From Podarcis cretensis (Eukaryota): a stretch of 64,000 nt of DNA. The notes beneath the pieces are model-generated. The model did not search any database. It was given only the letters and a program-made list of their open reading frames with translations, and was not told where the DNA came from. The translations under genes were made by a program, and so were the position numbers. The DNA lies in assembly GCA_951804945.1 (NCBI GenBank), contig OX638150.1, positions 11,284,001 to 11,348,000 of the forward strand, given 5' to 3'. Positions 52,271-64,000 of the stretch are shown piece after piece (position 1 is the first letter of the stretch; every line of letters starts with the position of its first letter).

Positions 52271-52375
52271 GTTATTACTACTGCTGCTGCTAGCTCTTTT
52301 GAGTACGGTAGGTCAGTGTTATTAAAGGTGAGCAAGGTGAGGTTGCCATGTTAACAGCTTGCCTAGCGCCTGCTA

Positions 52376-52465
52376 GGCTGTAACGCTACACAAATTTACC
52401 TGCGAGTTAATTCCATTGAACTTAATGGGGCTTACTTCTGGGTAGGCATGTAGAGAATTGAACTC
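52376..52465. mobile_element. Family A MITE relic (clearest copy)
   Basis: Central hairpin CCATTGAACTTAATGG, then GGGGCTTACTTC, the exact reverse complement of GAAGTAAGCCCC in the 57.5 kb copy. GGCTG start and a flanking TTA/TAA. Confidence 0.6.
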
Positions 52466-53297
52466 TTAAGGGCCGCAGCGAGGTTTGTACCAGGGATTAG
52501 CCCTCAGCGAAACTTGCTTCCAGATAAGCACCTTAGGCTCGAATTATTGCAAGGAAAAGAACGCACATAGAGTTTTCTGTGCTAGGGGAATCAAGAGTTA
52601 CCTATCTATACCTCGAGGCATCCATAGCCGCCATTATTAGCATTTAAATGAATTTGGGCCGGATTCTTAAGGGGAACAGTGTGAATATTAGAGGAATCGG
52701 TGAATGTTTAAAGGATCAGGGCCCCGTTGTCTTGCAACTTCCCATAGATCTCCATTACTCTTGATGGATCATAGAAATAGTTTCCCTTGAAATGGATATT
52801 ACATCCTATAAGCTTCTGGGCTCATATCCAGCCCAGGTACTGAACTATATCGAGTTCCAAATGTAGAATGTTCACCTACAAAGGCACTATAGCCCTATGA
52901 ACAAAGAAGCAACGTTTTATATCATTCGTGTCATTAAATTTTAACTCATAGCCCGCTGTTATAATTTCTTCCTGGACTTTATGAAGGATTTCCTATTAAT
53001 TTCGTGCGCGCGCAAACACACACACACACACACACGCAGCTCCACCCAGTATTTTAAATGCGTGCGATGGGGTCAGAGCGGAATTCAATCGGATGCTGTT
53101 GCCGACAAATAAGAGGAGGCTGACCAAACCTTGTATGTTCACCTTTTAAATAATATTATGCACACACAATATACAAATCAATGCATCCCCCAAGATCCGT
53201 CTCTGCTACCGATACGTGTGCGAGTGTTGTTTGGTCACAATTGCAGCTCCTGCACACCACAAGCCAAACAGCCTCTCTGGCGCGTCAATATTGTGTA

Positions 53298-53316
53298 TGT
53301 TCAGAAGGGGGCGTCG
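53298..53316 (+). promoter_or_regulatory. Candidate CTCF site TGTTCAGAAGGGGGCGTCG
   Basis: Matches the CTCF core (C-A-G-N-A-G-G-G-G-G-C-G) by eye in a CpG-containing context; not scored with a PWM. Confidence 0.45.
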
Positions 53317-54584
53317 CGGGTTGGGGGGAGGAGAGAGGAGTTAGCAAACTACATCACCGATCTCTAACAATTGCCTTCGCGCAATCTCTTTCTTTCCTTA
53401 ATGCACCTATACCATAAGAACACAGGACCTCTTTGCAAGGAAGTGCCTTCTTCTAATAACAGGACTAAAGAAAGCGGAGAGAATAGACTGGCATAAACTC
53501 ACACCTATCCTATTCCCACTTATTAAGAGCCGAAGGCGCAAAGGATTCTACATGGGAATGAGCAGTTCTTGATCCGCTTTTTGGACATGGTCTCTCCCTC
53601 CTCCCCTTCACAATCCACTTATTGATCTTTTAAAAGGGTTTTGGCGTGCGCGCGCCTGCCGGTGTGTGTATTAATGCATTGCTCCAGCCGCCACTAAACT
53701 TTATGGTTGAACCGAAGACCTGAAAGGTGGATAAAGCCATTACATGTAAATCTTCCTTTCCAGAGGAAGATTCCACCTCTCTCTCTCTCCCTATACATAC
53801 ATACATACATACATACATGCATGCATGCATGCATACACCCCCATCCCCTACCACTCATACAACCTACACAATTCATGAAATTTAAATTGACTCTGTGGAA
53901 TCGCTGCTATAAAGGCACCTGGCTGGATATTCAGAAGAGAGAATAAAACACGACGCCAACGGGAGGAATTAAATATGGGCTTATTGAAGAAGATCGAATC
54001 CAAGGCTCGTGAGGGTTTTTGTGCTTTGTTTTGGAGGTGGGGTATTTGTTTGTTTTTGTTTATATTACAAGAGTTGCAGATTTAAATAAAAGTGTCTCTT
54101 AATTTAAAAAAAAAAAACATCCATGTTATTTTAAATAAATAAATATCTTCCCCCTTTAATCTAGGGGAACTTTGTCTTGGCCTCAGTTGCTCCTGAAAGG
54201 GGACAAAAAGAAATAGACTGGTGACACCTCTCTTTCCCAGAGAACAAAATATCAGTAATGATTGGGTTTATAAGCAAGGCCATCAGGAGACCCCCCCCCA
54301 AAAAAAACCCTTATATTCGCATTAAACATTAACATCCCAGATTCATTTACTCTCTTATCTTCTTGGATTTTTTTTTAATTATAGGTATCATTGTGCTCCG
54401 AGGCACCCCTTACTTTACAACCTATTTTATATATCCACCTAATTATTTTTTTTAAGGGAAACATGATCTATATACCTCCAAATGTTTCATTGGCTTATTT
54501 CTGTGCGCGCGCGCTACTCTTTTACTAAGCTCTCTCGGTCCTCCAACAGTCGATAGTAAATCACCAACCAGAGGTTTGAAACAT

Positions 54585-54594
54585 TTTATTTATT
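54585..54594 (-). terminator. Candidate distal HOXC12 polyadenylation signal (AATAAATAAA)
   Basis: Overlapping AATAAA hexamers on the minus strand with upstream TGTA elements and a downstream GT-rich TGGTTGGTGATTT. Would imply a 3' UTR of about 4.2 kb. Confidence 0.4.
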
Positions 54595-56928
54595 ATCAGA
54601 AATCACATAATAATACATTCAATTTATTATTATTATCATTATTATTATTATCATCATTATTATTGTGAAACAACTTTTTACATGACTATATAAAGCCGGG
54701 GGAACGTGCTATGGACAGACATTTGCATAGGCCCTACATATAATAGCTTGAGGTAAGAAACATTACATATGGACTATATTGCCAACGATGCATATTTAAC
54801 AACAGCAGGAAACTAGACTAGAGAATAACAAGCGAAGGACCGAGCCACAGACACCGGGAACTAACACAAGACGAACAGAATTCACACGGAATAATAATAC
54901 TTCAATGCAATCTGAACGAGAATATTGCATATATTTAACTTCTTCATTTTCAAATTTTAAATTATTACTCCCCCTCCCTTTAAAAAAATCGTTGAAGTGG
55001 CAACTGAGAATCGCCTGTTATGTGCAGTTACACACCAAGGAGACCATTCTCAGGACTCAAGATTCTTGCTGGTGGGTTGTGTATTGTATTTCTAAGCGTA
55101 AAACTCCTTCGCTGTAGATAGAAATCGCTCTCGGCGCGTAAAATATTAACATCAAGACAGTCTCTTTCTCTCTGTCTGTCGCCTTCCACAGTTGTAACCG
55201 AACGCTGCGTTATAACATTGCCCCGTAAACGCTCAAAACCCTGGTAAGCCAGCCGCCAACCCCTTCCAAAACGCAACCTTTTGCCAGCGAGTGACATGTC
55301 ACATCTTTTCAAGAGGAAGCGATGGTAGCAAACCAAGTACAATACTGCTAAGTCTGATTCCTCGAACATATTCCTCCTTTACCGCACAGACACAAATCTT
55401 CCCTTCTAGATTTATGCAACACACCCCATGACATTTCAGTTGGCTGAAAGTCGTTATTTTGACCGAAAATGCTGCTTCTTTCTTATTAATATTATTGAGA
55501 AAACTGGGACAAAATGGATGATGACAGCGCTACCGGCTTAAGCGGTTTCATCGGACTGCTCTGTTCAAAGGAGGCAAAGCACAGGCTGGAGACAACGGGA
55601 ATGGCGTTAGACTGAAGCCTACAGTTTTCAGTTCTTCAAGGTACCTTTTTGGAGAAATAGGTAGGCGTCCTCCACATTTAGCCGCCTAACAACACAGACA
55701 CCCACATGTGCTCTGTTCATTGCACATAACTGGGGGGGGGGGGGAAATATATGGATGTCTCTCACACACGCCCGCCTCCCAATCTATTGCACATAATTGT
55801 GACTGGGTACCTATTAGATTCAAAGCAACTCACAGGCAGAGACATGCCTCTTCTTTTACAAAGGTTAGAGTTTGTAAAGGGGAGGGGTGATATACCAAAA
55901 GGGTGATACTGGGATGGGGGACCTCTCAAAATTCTGGATATTGGGGGGGGGGGGTAGGGGGAAAGCGGACTAAAGACAAGGAACGATGACACAGCCATGG
56001 GAAGCAGACCTAAATATAAGGCTTGCAAGGGTGGAGAATGAGCGGGGCGGGGGACACACAGAGGCATTTTAAGGACTAGACGGCATCCTTTGCAGCTCGT
56101 AAAGGCAAAGCATTCCTGCCACCGGCCATGACCATGAACGCCGGGACGGGGAGCCACGTGGTGACAATTGAGTCTGGCCCAGGAAAACGTTGCCTTTGTC
56201 ATAAAATTAATCCCCTCCGATATAAAAACGAATGAAGCAAAGCCTGTCGTAGCAAAACTCGCCGCTTAGACCGTCTTGACCCCCCTCACCCTACTTTGCT
56301 GTTGTGGCTCATTTGTCTCTTCGTCCAGTTCCCGGCCGCTCCCCCCCCACCCCGCCCAGCGGCATTTTTTTTTTTTAAAGTATGCAATTAGGAAACCAGC
56401 AGAACAGAACGAGAATAGGTTCCTGGACCCCGATGGAATAAGTACCAGGAATATCAAGGGAACTTATTCCCAAGTCAATCATTTAACGGGCTGACAGGGA
56501 GAGAGATTCCTGTCGGGTTACTTCCACGGTTGCAGCAACCCTTGTCTGCCGCCTCCCCGCGCGCCTTCCTCCCCGCATTGAGTGGGAATTTAAGGAATGG
56601 GAGTTTAAGCAATGCCCAAGCCTGGCAGAGCTATTAGGAAATCTAATGGTTGTCTGAGGCAGGAGATGACCGGCAAGGCAACCCGCTCTGCGCTTCCCCT
56701 TGCCCGCTCTGGGACTGTTCTACACCGGGGAAAGTACAAAGGGGAACCGGCGGTGGGGGTGGGAGTTAGACGGATGAATGAATGCGTTGGGCAGAAATTA
56801 CCGTATATCCCCCAAAGCAGGATGCGTGCGTTTGTGTGGCTGTAGTGTGTGTGTGTGTGTGGGGGGAATAAGGCGACACCCCCCATAAATGTTCAGAGTC
56901 ATCAGCTGCTGCCTATGAAAAATCAGGA

Positions 56929-57059
56929 NNNNNNNNNNNNNNNNNNNNNNNNNNNNNNNNNNNNNNNNNNNNNNNNNNNNNNNNNNNNNNNNNNNNNNNN
57001 NNNNNNNNNNNNNNNNNNNNNNNNNNNNNNNNNNNNNNNNNNNNNNNNNNNNNNNNNNN
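56929..57059. other. Assembly gap (131 N)
   Basis: Run of n characters. Confidence 1.
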
Positions 57060-57483
57060 ACTGCCGTGATTAAAAATAAAAATCTAACTAAATATGAGGA
57101 AGATTAAAAGAGGGGAGGGGTGGTGGAGGTAGAGGAGAAACATCTCATTCATTTCGAAAATAGCCACCATTAAAGAAAACGTTTTTAATGCCAGACGAGA
57201 ACTCTCTATCTTAGAAGGAGGGAAGCTATTAATAGCTTAATTAGCTCCAAGGGGCTGCTACTATAGTTAATGTATAAAAGGGGGCATCCCCCCACCGCCC
57301 CTCGCCACCATCTTGATCATCAATAAACACAGTAGCATAATAAGCGGGACGAAGTCTCCTTCAGTGGAGCTATTATCAAAACACAAATTGAAATTATTGT
57401 TATCCTTCTGTTCCGCTTATGGGGTTGTGGACAGAGGAGACCCATGCAGGCGGCGCGGCTGGACTAGGAACGCGAGAGGTACC

Positions 57484-57561
57484 GCGCAATTCTACACAGG
57501 TCTACTCTGAAGTAAGCCCCCCTGCTAAACCCCAGCATGCAAAGGAGTATAGGGTTGCAGC
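57484..57561. mobile_element. Truncated family A MITE relic
   Basis: GCGCAATTCTACACAGGTCTACTCTGAAGTAAGCCCC ... TATAGGGTTGCAGC, with a 12-bp exact inverted match to the 52.4 kb copy. Confidence 0.55.
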
Positions 57562-58754
57562 TGTAGCCTCTGAAAAGGTTGCTTTTTTATAATACCCTAA
57601 CATGACAAATCATTCCTCACTTTATGGGGTATTGGATTAACTCGAGGTGGGTTTCTCCCCCCCTTTTTTTGGAGTTTTGCAGCCCAATCATAGGCGTTGT
57701 TTACTTGAAAGTATTCGCACTAGGTACACTGGGTCTAGGTACAGTGGGCATCCTCAGAAGCGCGCGTGTGGGCACCGCCTGCCATTGGAAAAGCCTTGGG
57801 AGTAGATGTCTACAAAATTCCATCCTCAGCTCGACTTTCCCCCAGAAGAGCATTCGAGTAAAGCACCAATATATTTCCCACCCGCCAAGCACGGGGGACA
57901 GCCAGCTGAACCTCGAAGTTTCAAATATTGGACACCCCTATTATTATCGAGATAGATACGCTGCAAACCTCTATCTAGGTACTGAACTTTTTTCCGCCCA
58001 GTGTGCCCTGAAAATAAACCCTGGCAAACATAAAACACTGGCTCGCCATTCTCCATCAGAATGGTTACGGTTGATTTAAGGTGAATGCCACATCCACTTA
58101 AGCTTTTACTCCAGAGAATGAAAAATCCCAACACACTAAACCGAGATATATATAGGACAGTGACTTTGCTTCCTGGAATGCTCTCTTGCTGAGGACCGGG
58201 TTACCGACCAAACAAAGCCAAGGCCAAGGCAATGGAGACCCTCCCTCACTCTGCCCCACACAAAACAGGGAACCCTGTTGCTTAGAGGGGAAACCCTACC
58301 TGTGAATGCTCGCACACGCGTAATAAGAGCGAGAGTGTCGGGCTCAAGACTCACATTCAGAACATACTCAACGACACTGACTGACAAATCTTGGTGAACC
58401 ATACATTAGAAAAGCCACGCTGATTGATGAAGGGGGGGGGGTTCCTTTCTGCGTATTCACATTTGGTTCTTCCCTAACAGGTCCAGAAGTGGAAGAGAAG
58501 CATCCCACCCCCTCATACTCTCTCAATCACACACTTATAACGTAGACACGCCTGCTGTTGGCTGGCTTTCTTTATCTTTTTAAAGGATACTGACTTTCGT
58601 TGGTTTGTTTTGTCTCTAAAGGAAAAAATAATAATAATCTAAACTGGCTATTCAAACCAGAACAGGTAAGAGTCTCGATACCACCAGTTGTGATGAAGAA
58701 GGCCGGAGAGTCTCTGTGGGGTTTTTTTTACCCGATAGCGGACTTGTCTGAACT

Positions 58755-58993
58755 TTAAAAGAAGGAAAGGGCTTGCTCTCTCAGGAGGAGTCTTTTCTTT
58801 TTCATACGCCGGTTCTGGAACCAGATCTTCACCTGCTGGTCACTCAGGTTTAACCGATCTGAAAGCTCCCTCCTTCTTTGGCGAGTAATGAATTCATTGA
58901 CCATAAACTCCCCTTCCAGCTCCGCTAGCTGTAGTTTAGAATAGGGTTTTCGCTTTTTCCGGGACCTTGTGTGCATCGGGTACCAGGGAGCAC
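58755..58993 (-). CDS. HOXC12: Homeobox protein Hox-C12, coding exon 2 (homeodomain)
   Basis: Translates to (G)[78 protein letters not shown]. Acceptor ttcttag| at 58995-58994. Confidence 0.97.
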
Positions 58994-59351
58994 CTAAGAA
59001 CAGCGTGATGGAAAGGAGATTTAAACACACGGAGGGGAAGAGAGATAGAGAAAGAAAGAAACGAAAAGAAAAAGGGGAGCGGGTAACGCTTTAAAAAAGG
59101 GAATGCTTCCCCCCTCCCTTTTTGACCCACACACCGCTCCTTATTTAATAATATGAGATACACGTTTCTAATGCGCAATCCAGTAAAGATGCTTTAACTT
59201 CGAAAGAAAGGAGGATGGGTGGGAAGAAGACCTTTACATCTTCGTTTTAGATTCCAAGCTCCTGGGCTCCTGTGTACCACATAAGTCATACATTGCAGGT
59301 TTTCGGAACTATTAAGATTTAAGGAGAGACCTTAAAAAGAACTAGTTAGGG

Positions 59352-59403
<52 letters not shown>

Positions 59404-60347
59404 GCTGGACTTTTATAACCGATGGCAACTTTTGCTTATTTATCTTACAAAAAAATAAGCAACCTAAGCTAGCTCTTGCAGATCCCGAACAGCCAAAAAG
59501 TACCAGCACCACCAGCTAGAATGAATGCTAGAGTGTCTCTGTGGTTACCGTGTAAGACCTCAAGGCACCAGATGGGCTGGCATGCCTTAGGTGTCCGGTT
59601 TAGGAGATGTCAGATCTGAAGTTTAAGGACGAGGAAGCCTCTGTCTTCAGAGTCCCAAAGCCAGATTCTGCAGAGGGAATGAAACATCTCCAGCAGCCAG
59701 GGACGCTTCACAGGAGACGAGAACCAACTGGTCCTTGTTCCTGGAAGTGTTTGCTCACCAGAGGATCAGGCACATAACGGGAAGCTTTATGAGAGAGAGT
59801 TTGTTTGGGTTGGGGTTGGTTTTTTTTTTTTTTGTATTTTGGCAAATGGTGTCTCAGCATTGCGTGGATATATATACTTTTCTTTATAGAACCTTCCCGG
59901 TTTTGTATGGGGATGGGCTGGGATGGCGGGAAGGCGAGAATTGGGTTTTGAAAACCAGGGTGTTTGTTTCCCTTTTTTTAATGCAGAGCTTGGCACCATC
60001 CTTAAAATGGGTTTTTACCCAGGGTGGCTAATCTCACCGGGGACAGAAAACCCGTGGAAGTTTAGCCCTGCAGTCAGACTTCTACCAAATCTTCCAAATA
60101 CAATCACACACCCTTCTACATTTCATTTCTGTTGCAAAAGCTTCACGCACCCAGTGGGAAATTGTCCTGCATGTAGCGTGCCTGTTCGGATTCGGGAGGA
60201 GGGTGGAGAGAGAGAGAGAGAGAGAGAAAGAAAGAGGCATGGAAATCTGTCTATCTGGGCCATCGCGATCTCTTTTATGGGATATTTACATGTTTATAGG
60301 CTTTTCTTTTAAAAGAAGCAGCACCTAATAAAGCACGAGGCATTTGA

Positions 60348-60366
60348 GTGCTACCCCTAGTGGCCT
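60348..60366 (-). promoter_or_regulatory. Candidate CTCF site AGGCCACTAGGGGTAGCAC in the HOXC12 intron
   Basis: GGCCACTAGGGG core match by eye; not scored with a PWM. Confidence 0.5.
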
Positions 60367-60588
60367 CGGCACAAATAGACATGCTTCAGTCCCAGCTGCT
60401 AATTTCATGGAATTTATAACAGCAAGAGTCGCGAGCAGACTTTTTCAAGCGAGAGAGCGCGCGCGCGTAAGAGAGAGAAATAGAGAGAGAGAACACAAAA
60501 TAAGAATAAAATAAAGAAGAGGCATTGCATAAATTCGCTTTTCTTATTCGTATATATATATATATATTTCCTGGTCGCACGTTCTTAC

Positions 60589-61153
60589 CCCCAGCGGAAA
60601 GATTGCTTCCTTGGTTGATAGGGGAAACCATTGTGGACGGCTCGCTGGTGGCGCCCTTATTGCCTTCATTGAGTAAGGAGGAGCTGGAGTCTGACTCCAA
60701 AGACTGACAAGAGGGGGGATCGTGGGGCACCGCCTCGGGAGCCGGATAGTCAAATTTGCCGAAACTGCCGCTCATTCCATTGGGGATCCCCGATTCGAGA
60801 GGCATCAAGGCATTGTCCCTAACCCTCTCTTCCCTTTTGAGGGGAGCGTTCTCGGAGCACGCCTCCCTATAGTAGCACTTGCTCTCTTCCACTCTAGCTA
60901 GGTCGCAGGCTCGGCTGAAGGAAGGGTTAATAGACACGGGGCTGCTGAGATAGGGCTGGGGGTATCCGTTGCAGGGTTCTGAGGATGCCCAGGGCAGAGA
61001 ACAGACATTGTCCCTTCTTGGGTAGGAGAGAGACGGCAAGCCGGGCAGCTGTCCTCCGGAGGCTCGGAAATTGGGGAAATAGAAGGTGTCTCCCGTATGG
61101 ATGTTCACCAACGGTCCCACAAACCCAGGATTAAGGAGATTATGTTCGCCCAT
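60589..61153 (-). CDS. HOXC12: Homeobox protein Hox-C12, coding exon 1
   Basis: [53 protein letters not shown]...[23 protein letters not shown]. The true ATG is at 61153; the ORF track starts earlier at a TTG. Donor G|GTAAGA at 60588. Exons of 565 + 239 nt give 267 aa; intron 1595 nt. Confidence 0.97.
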
Positions 61154-61229
61154 TTCCGCGGGCCTGACCAAGAGCTTCTAGTTTATTGCTATCTGACATT
61201 AAACATAGTTAAACCTAAAGGTCCACCCT

Positions 61230-61251
61230 ATTGGTCCGCAGGGGTCACGTG
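61230..61251 (-). promoter_or_regulatory. HOXC12 proximal promoter module: E-box (61246-51) and CCAAT (61230-34)
   Basis: Same orientation and 11-nt spacer as the HOXC9 module. Confidence 0.65.
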
Positions 61252-64000
61252 GGCGCCAACTTGCGTTGGAGAAAGGGTGCCACCCACCTTTAGCAATTTG
61301 AGACAAAACAAAACACTAAGTTCTGCCTTTCGGTTTTTTATATGCTTTTTTAAAAAATCATAAAACATTTTATAAAATAAAACAACGGGCTTTAAGCACT
61401 GGCCTGAGAAACCCAAAGCACTGTAAAAAATAAAAAATATTATCCCCCCCCCTTCACCTTAAAGAAATGACACCCTTCTCCCCCAGCTGCTTTTAGGGTC
61501 CCTTCAACAGCTGGCAAAATTAAGCAATTTTCTCATTAATTAGCTCCTTTATTAACTAAAACAGTTGAAATTTACAATATCTCTCAATAAATTACTATTA
61601 GATATTGTGTCATATAAAGTTTACAGGCTCTTTAAGGAGACGAATGAGTCTAACCGCAACAGGCTCATATTTACAGATGATAGGGCGAAAGAGTTTTTAA
61701 ATCTCTTCAACATTTCCACCTTTAACAGGGCGGAGTGCGGGGGTCTTCTGCCTCTGCGCCGCCTCCCCCCCCCCAATTCTGTCTATTTATTTATTTTTTA
61801 AAAGCAATCCAACAGCCTAGCTAGGGTGAATTTGTGTGTGTGTGTTTTCTGGGGGGGTTGGTGGGTGTGCAAACATTGCCACGGCCAATTTCTGAGGGCT
61901 TTAAAAAAGGAATGATCACCCTTATGAAAATTAGATACATTAAAACAAAGGGAACTGGCGGGGGGGGGCGTCGTTTTATCCGCTCCGCTCACCTGAAATA
62001 ACAGTGAGGAGGACGCGTTAGCGGACCTTCAATTAGTACCCACTCAAAGTGGGACGAATCGGTCCTTTCTAAAGCTCTGAGCTAGAGGAAGGAGGGAGGG
62101 AGGGGACCCCGAAAATAAGAGCTGGTTCTGTCTAGGAGAGAGACTGCTGGGGGCGTCCTCTTCAGAAATCCGATTTACTGTGTCAGAGAGATCTCGCTTT
62201 GAGAAAGGAACCTTAAAAGGCAATCCCGATTTAGGAATGATCAAAACTAAGCTTCGTGGAGAACAAAGGGGAGAGAGGTCATCTTATGGGAAAGGGGGGT
62301 ATATATATATTTATGGGGACTGCATCCCACGCCGCCCCCCCCCCAAAAAAAGAAGATCGGAGGAATTTTCTCTGCTACCAACTTCCAAGACTACAGAATT
62401 AGACGACAAATTACCGTAAATACTCATGTATACGTAAAAACTGATTTGTCGGAGGTCTTGTCGAAGGCACCGAACCCTCGACACCCCACCCCACGTAAGC
62501 AAACCAACATGAGGAATGGACGGCTACATACCTTTATTTTTATTTTTATTTAAACAATAGCAACCTACCCCCTATATTGATGCGCAGAACCCCGGTGTTA
62601 TTGAAATCCCTCGGAATACATTACCCGGGACTTCCTTTACATTAATGGCTACTCCCCCTTCTCCCGACACGCTCCGTACTTTAGCTCTGCCAGCTATGTA
62701 GGAAGGGGGGAAATCACGTGTTAATCAAATAAACACTTTTCTTTCCTAGTTCTATTAAAGGGCCAGCTCCCTAATACCCCAAATTTCCCTTCCAACATGC
62801 TCCTCATACACCTATGTGTAAGTGGGCATCCTTTTCGGGCAGATACGTACCTTAATGTGAGAGCTTTCTATCCGGCTAAACACTGTTAACCCGTCCTTAC
62901 TTAAGGTTAGTACATTATTATTATTATGATTATTATTTTAAAAATTCAGGTGCAGTTCCTTGCACTTCTTTGATTTTAAATGGAGATAGTGCATATCTCT
63001 TGACGGAGTAAACCGTTTTACAGCCAGCAAGCGCATGATCGCCGCAGATCGAGTATAAATTTGGACCTCTTTTAGGGAAAAATAATAATCGTTCTTTGTT
63101 TTAATCCTTCTACCTTACATTCTCCAGCAGTCTTCGTGGCTTTGTTCTCTTATCGACACCGGAACATTAACTTTAGCCTCGCGGAGACGTTTTAATCCTT
63201 CTCTCACTCGCTCTAACAGCGAGGGGAAGAGATAACAATAGTTGTAGAGGCACCGAGGTTTTCCATCCAAGAAGACCGTATCGTTTCTATATTATGAGAT
63301 AACGCCCCACCCTCTCAAGAATAAAGAGAGAGAGAGAGAAACCCAGATTATTCTCGTTGGCAGCAGGTCTCGAACCATCTTAAAACCCAAGAATAAAAAC
63401 CTGGTGGTATCTCTCGGTTTGGCTGCAATCGTGTCCACCGCGAGACCTTTTCAACTCTTGTTGAATTCAGTGGGCTAGAAAGCCGGTTGACTCTGTCAAG
63501 ACCGCAGCCCATAACATCAGGAAAGCAGGTTCACAGGTACACAGCGTGACACGTTGATATATTTCTGGCCGGTTTAACAATGATAAAGCTTTATTAGTAT
63601 TATTTTATTTGGAAACACCGCCCCTCCTCATTGCACCCTTTGCAGCGGTTCACACTGGAATAAATGATGTCGGAGGTCCAAAGGAGGCAAGGGGGGGGGG
63701 GTGAGTCTCGGTGACGGTGTTTAAAGTCTCCAGGTTTCTGTGATAATCTATTTATTGCCAGTAAGGATGCCCATTTCGGTGGGAAAATAATGATGATGAT
63801 AATAATCTGACGGTTATGATTGTCTTTTCTTTTTTTAATCCACCCCGTTTACTTGCAGCAAGAGAATGTAATTACTTTACTGCGGACCTTAAAATAAAAC
63901 ATTCTAAAGACTCGACTAAGGCTTCTTCATGAATAATTTATATTACTAATTTAGAAGAGGAAGGGGGATATATTCTTTTGGAGGGAATATACATATCAGA

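Noticed and set aside
61154-61171. N-terminal extension MVRPAE of HOXC12 in the ORF track
   Set aside because: It starts at a TTG codon. The conserved start MGEHNLL is the ATG at 61153.
1-64000. Autonomous TEs, LINE/SINE bodies, tRNA/rRNA genes, CRISPR or other prokaryotic systems, and additional Hox genes or pseudogenes
   Set aside because: I recognised no transposase or reverse transcriptase ORF, tRNA-like head, spacer array or extra homeobox. HOXC8 and HOXC13 would lie outside the window.

Overview
This is vertebrate genomic DNA covering the posterior (Abd-B class) part of a HoxC cluster, with all genes on the minus strand. From right to left the order is HOXC12, HOXC11, HOXC10, mir-196a (the HoxC copy, mir-196a-2 type) and HOXC9. 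All four genes are intact, with two coding exons and GT-AG phase-1 introns (predicted 262, 374, 303 and 267 aa for C9, C10, C11 and C12). Short inverted-repeat transposon relics (MITEs) and dense microsatellites inside the cluster suggest a squamate reptile, probably a lizard; this is an inference. Main points of interest: (1) collinear + strand blocks between HOXC11 and HOXC12 that resemble human HOTAIR exons 3, 4 and 6, including a possible acceptor and a donor site. This comparison is from memory and needs an alignment. (2) A ~30-aa poly-Pro/Gln insertion in HOXC10. (3) An in-frame but stopped upstream ATG in HOXC10 that parallels the HOXA10 N-terminal extension, plus upstream ATGs in HOXC9 and HOXC12. 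(4) A CACGTG E-box upstream of all four genes, paired with a CCAAT box in three. (5) MITEs, one apparently nested, seen only in the C11-C12 interval. (6) Candidate CTCF sites. A 131-N assembly gap lies at 56929-57059.
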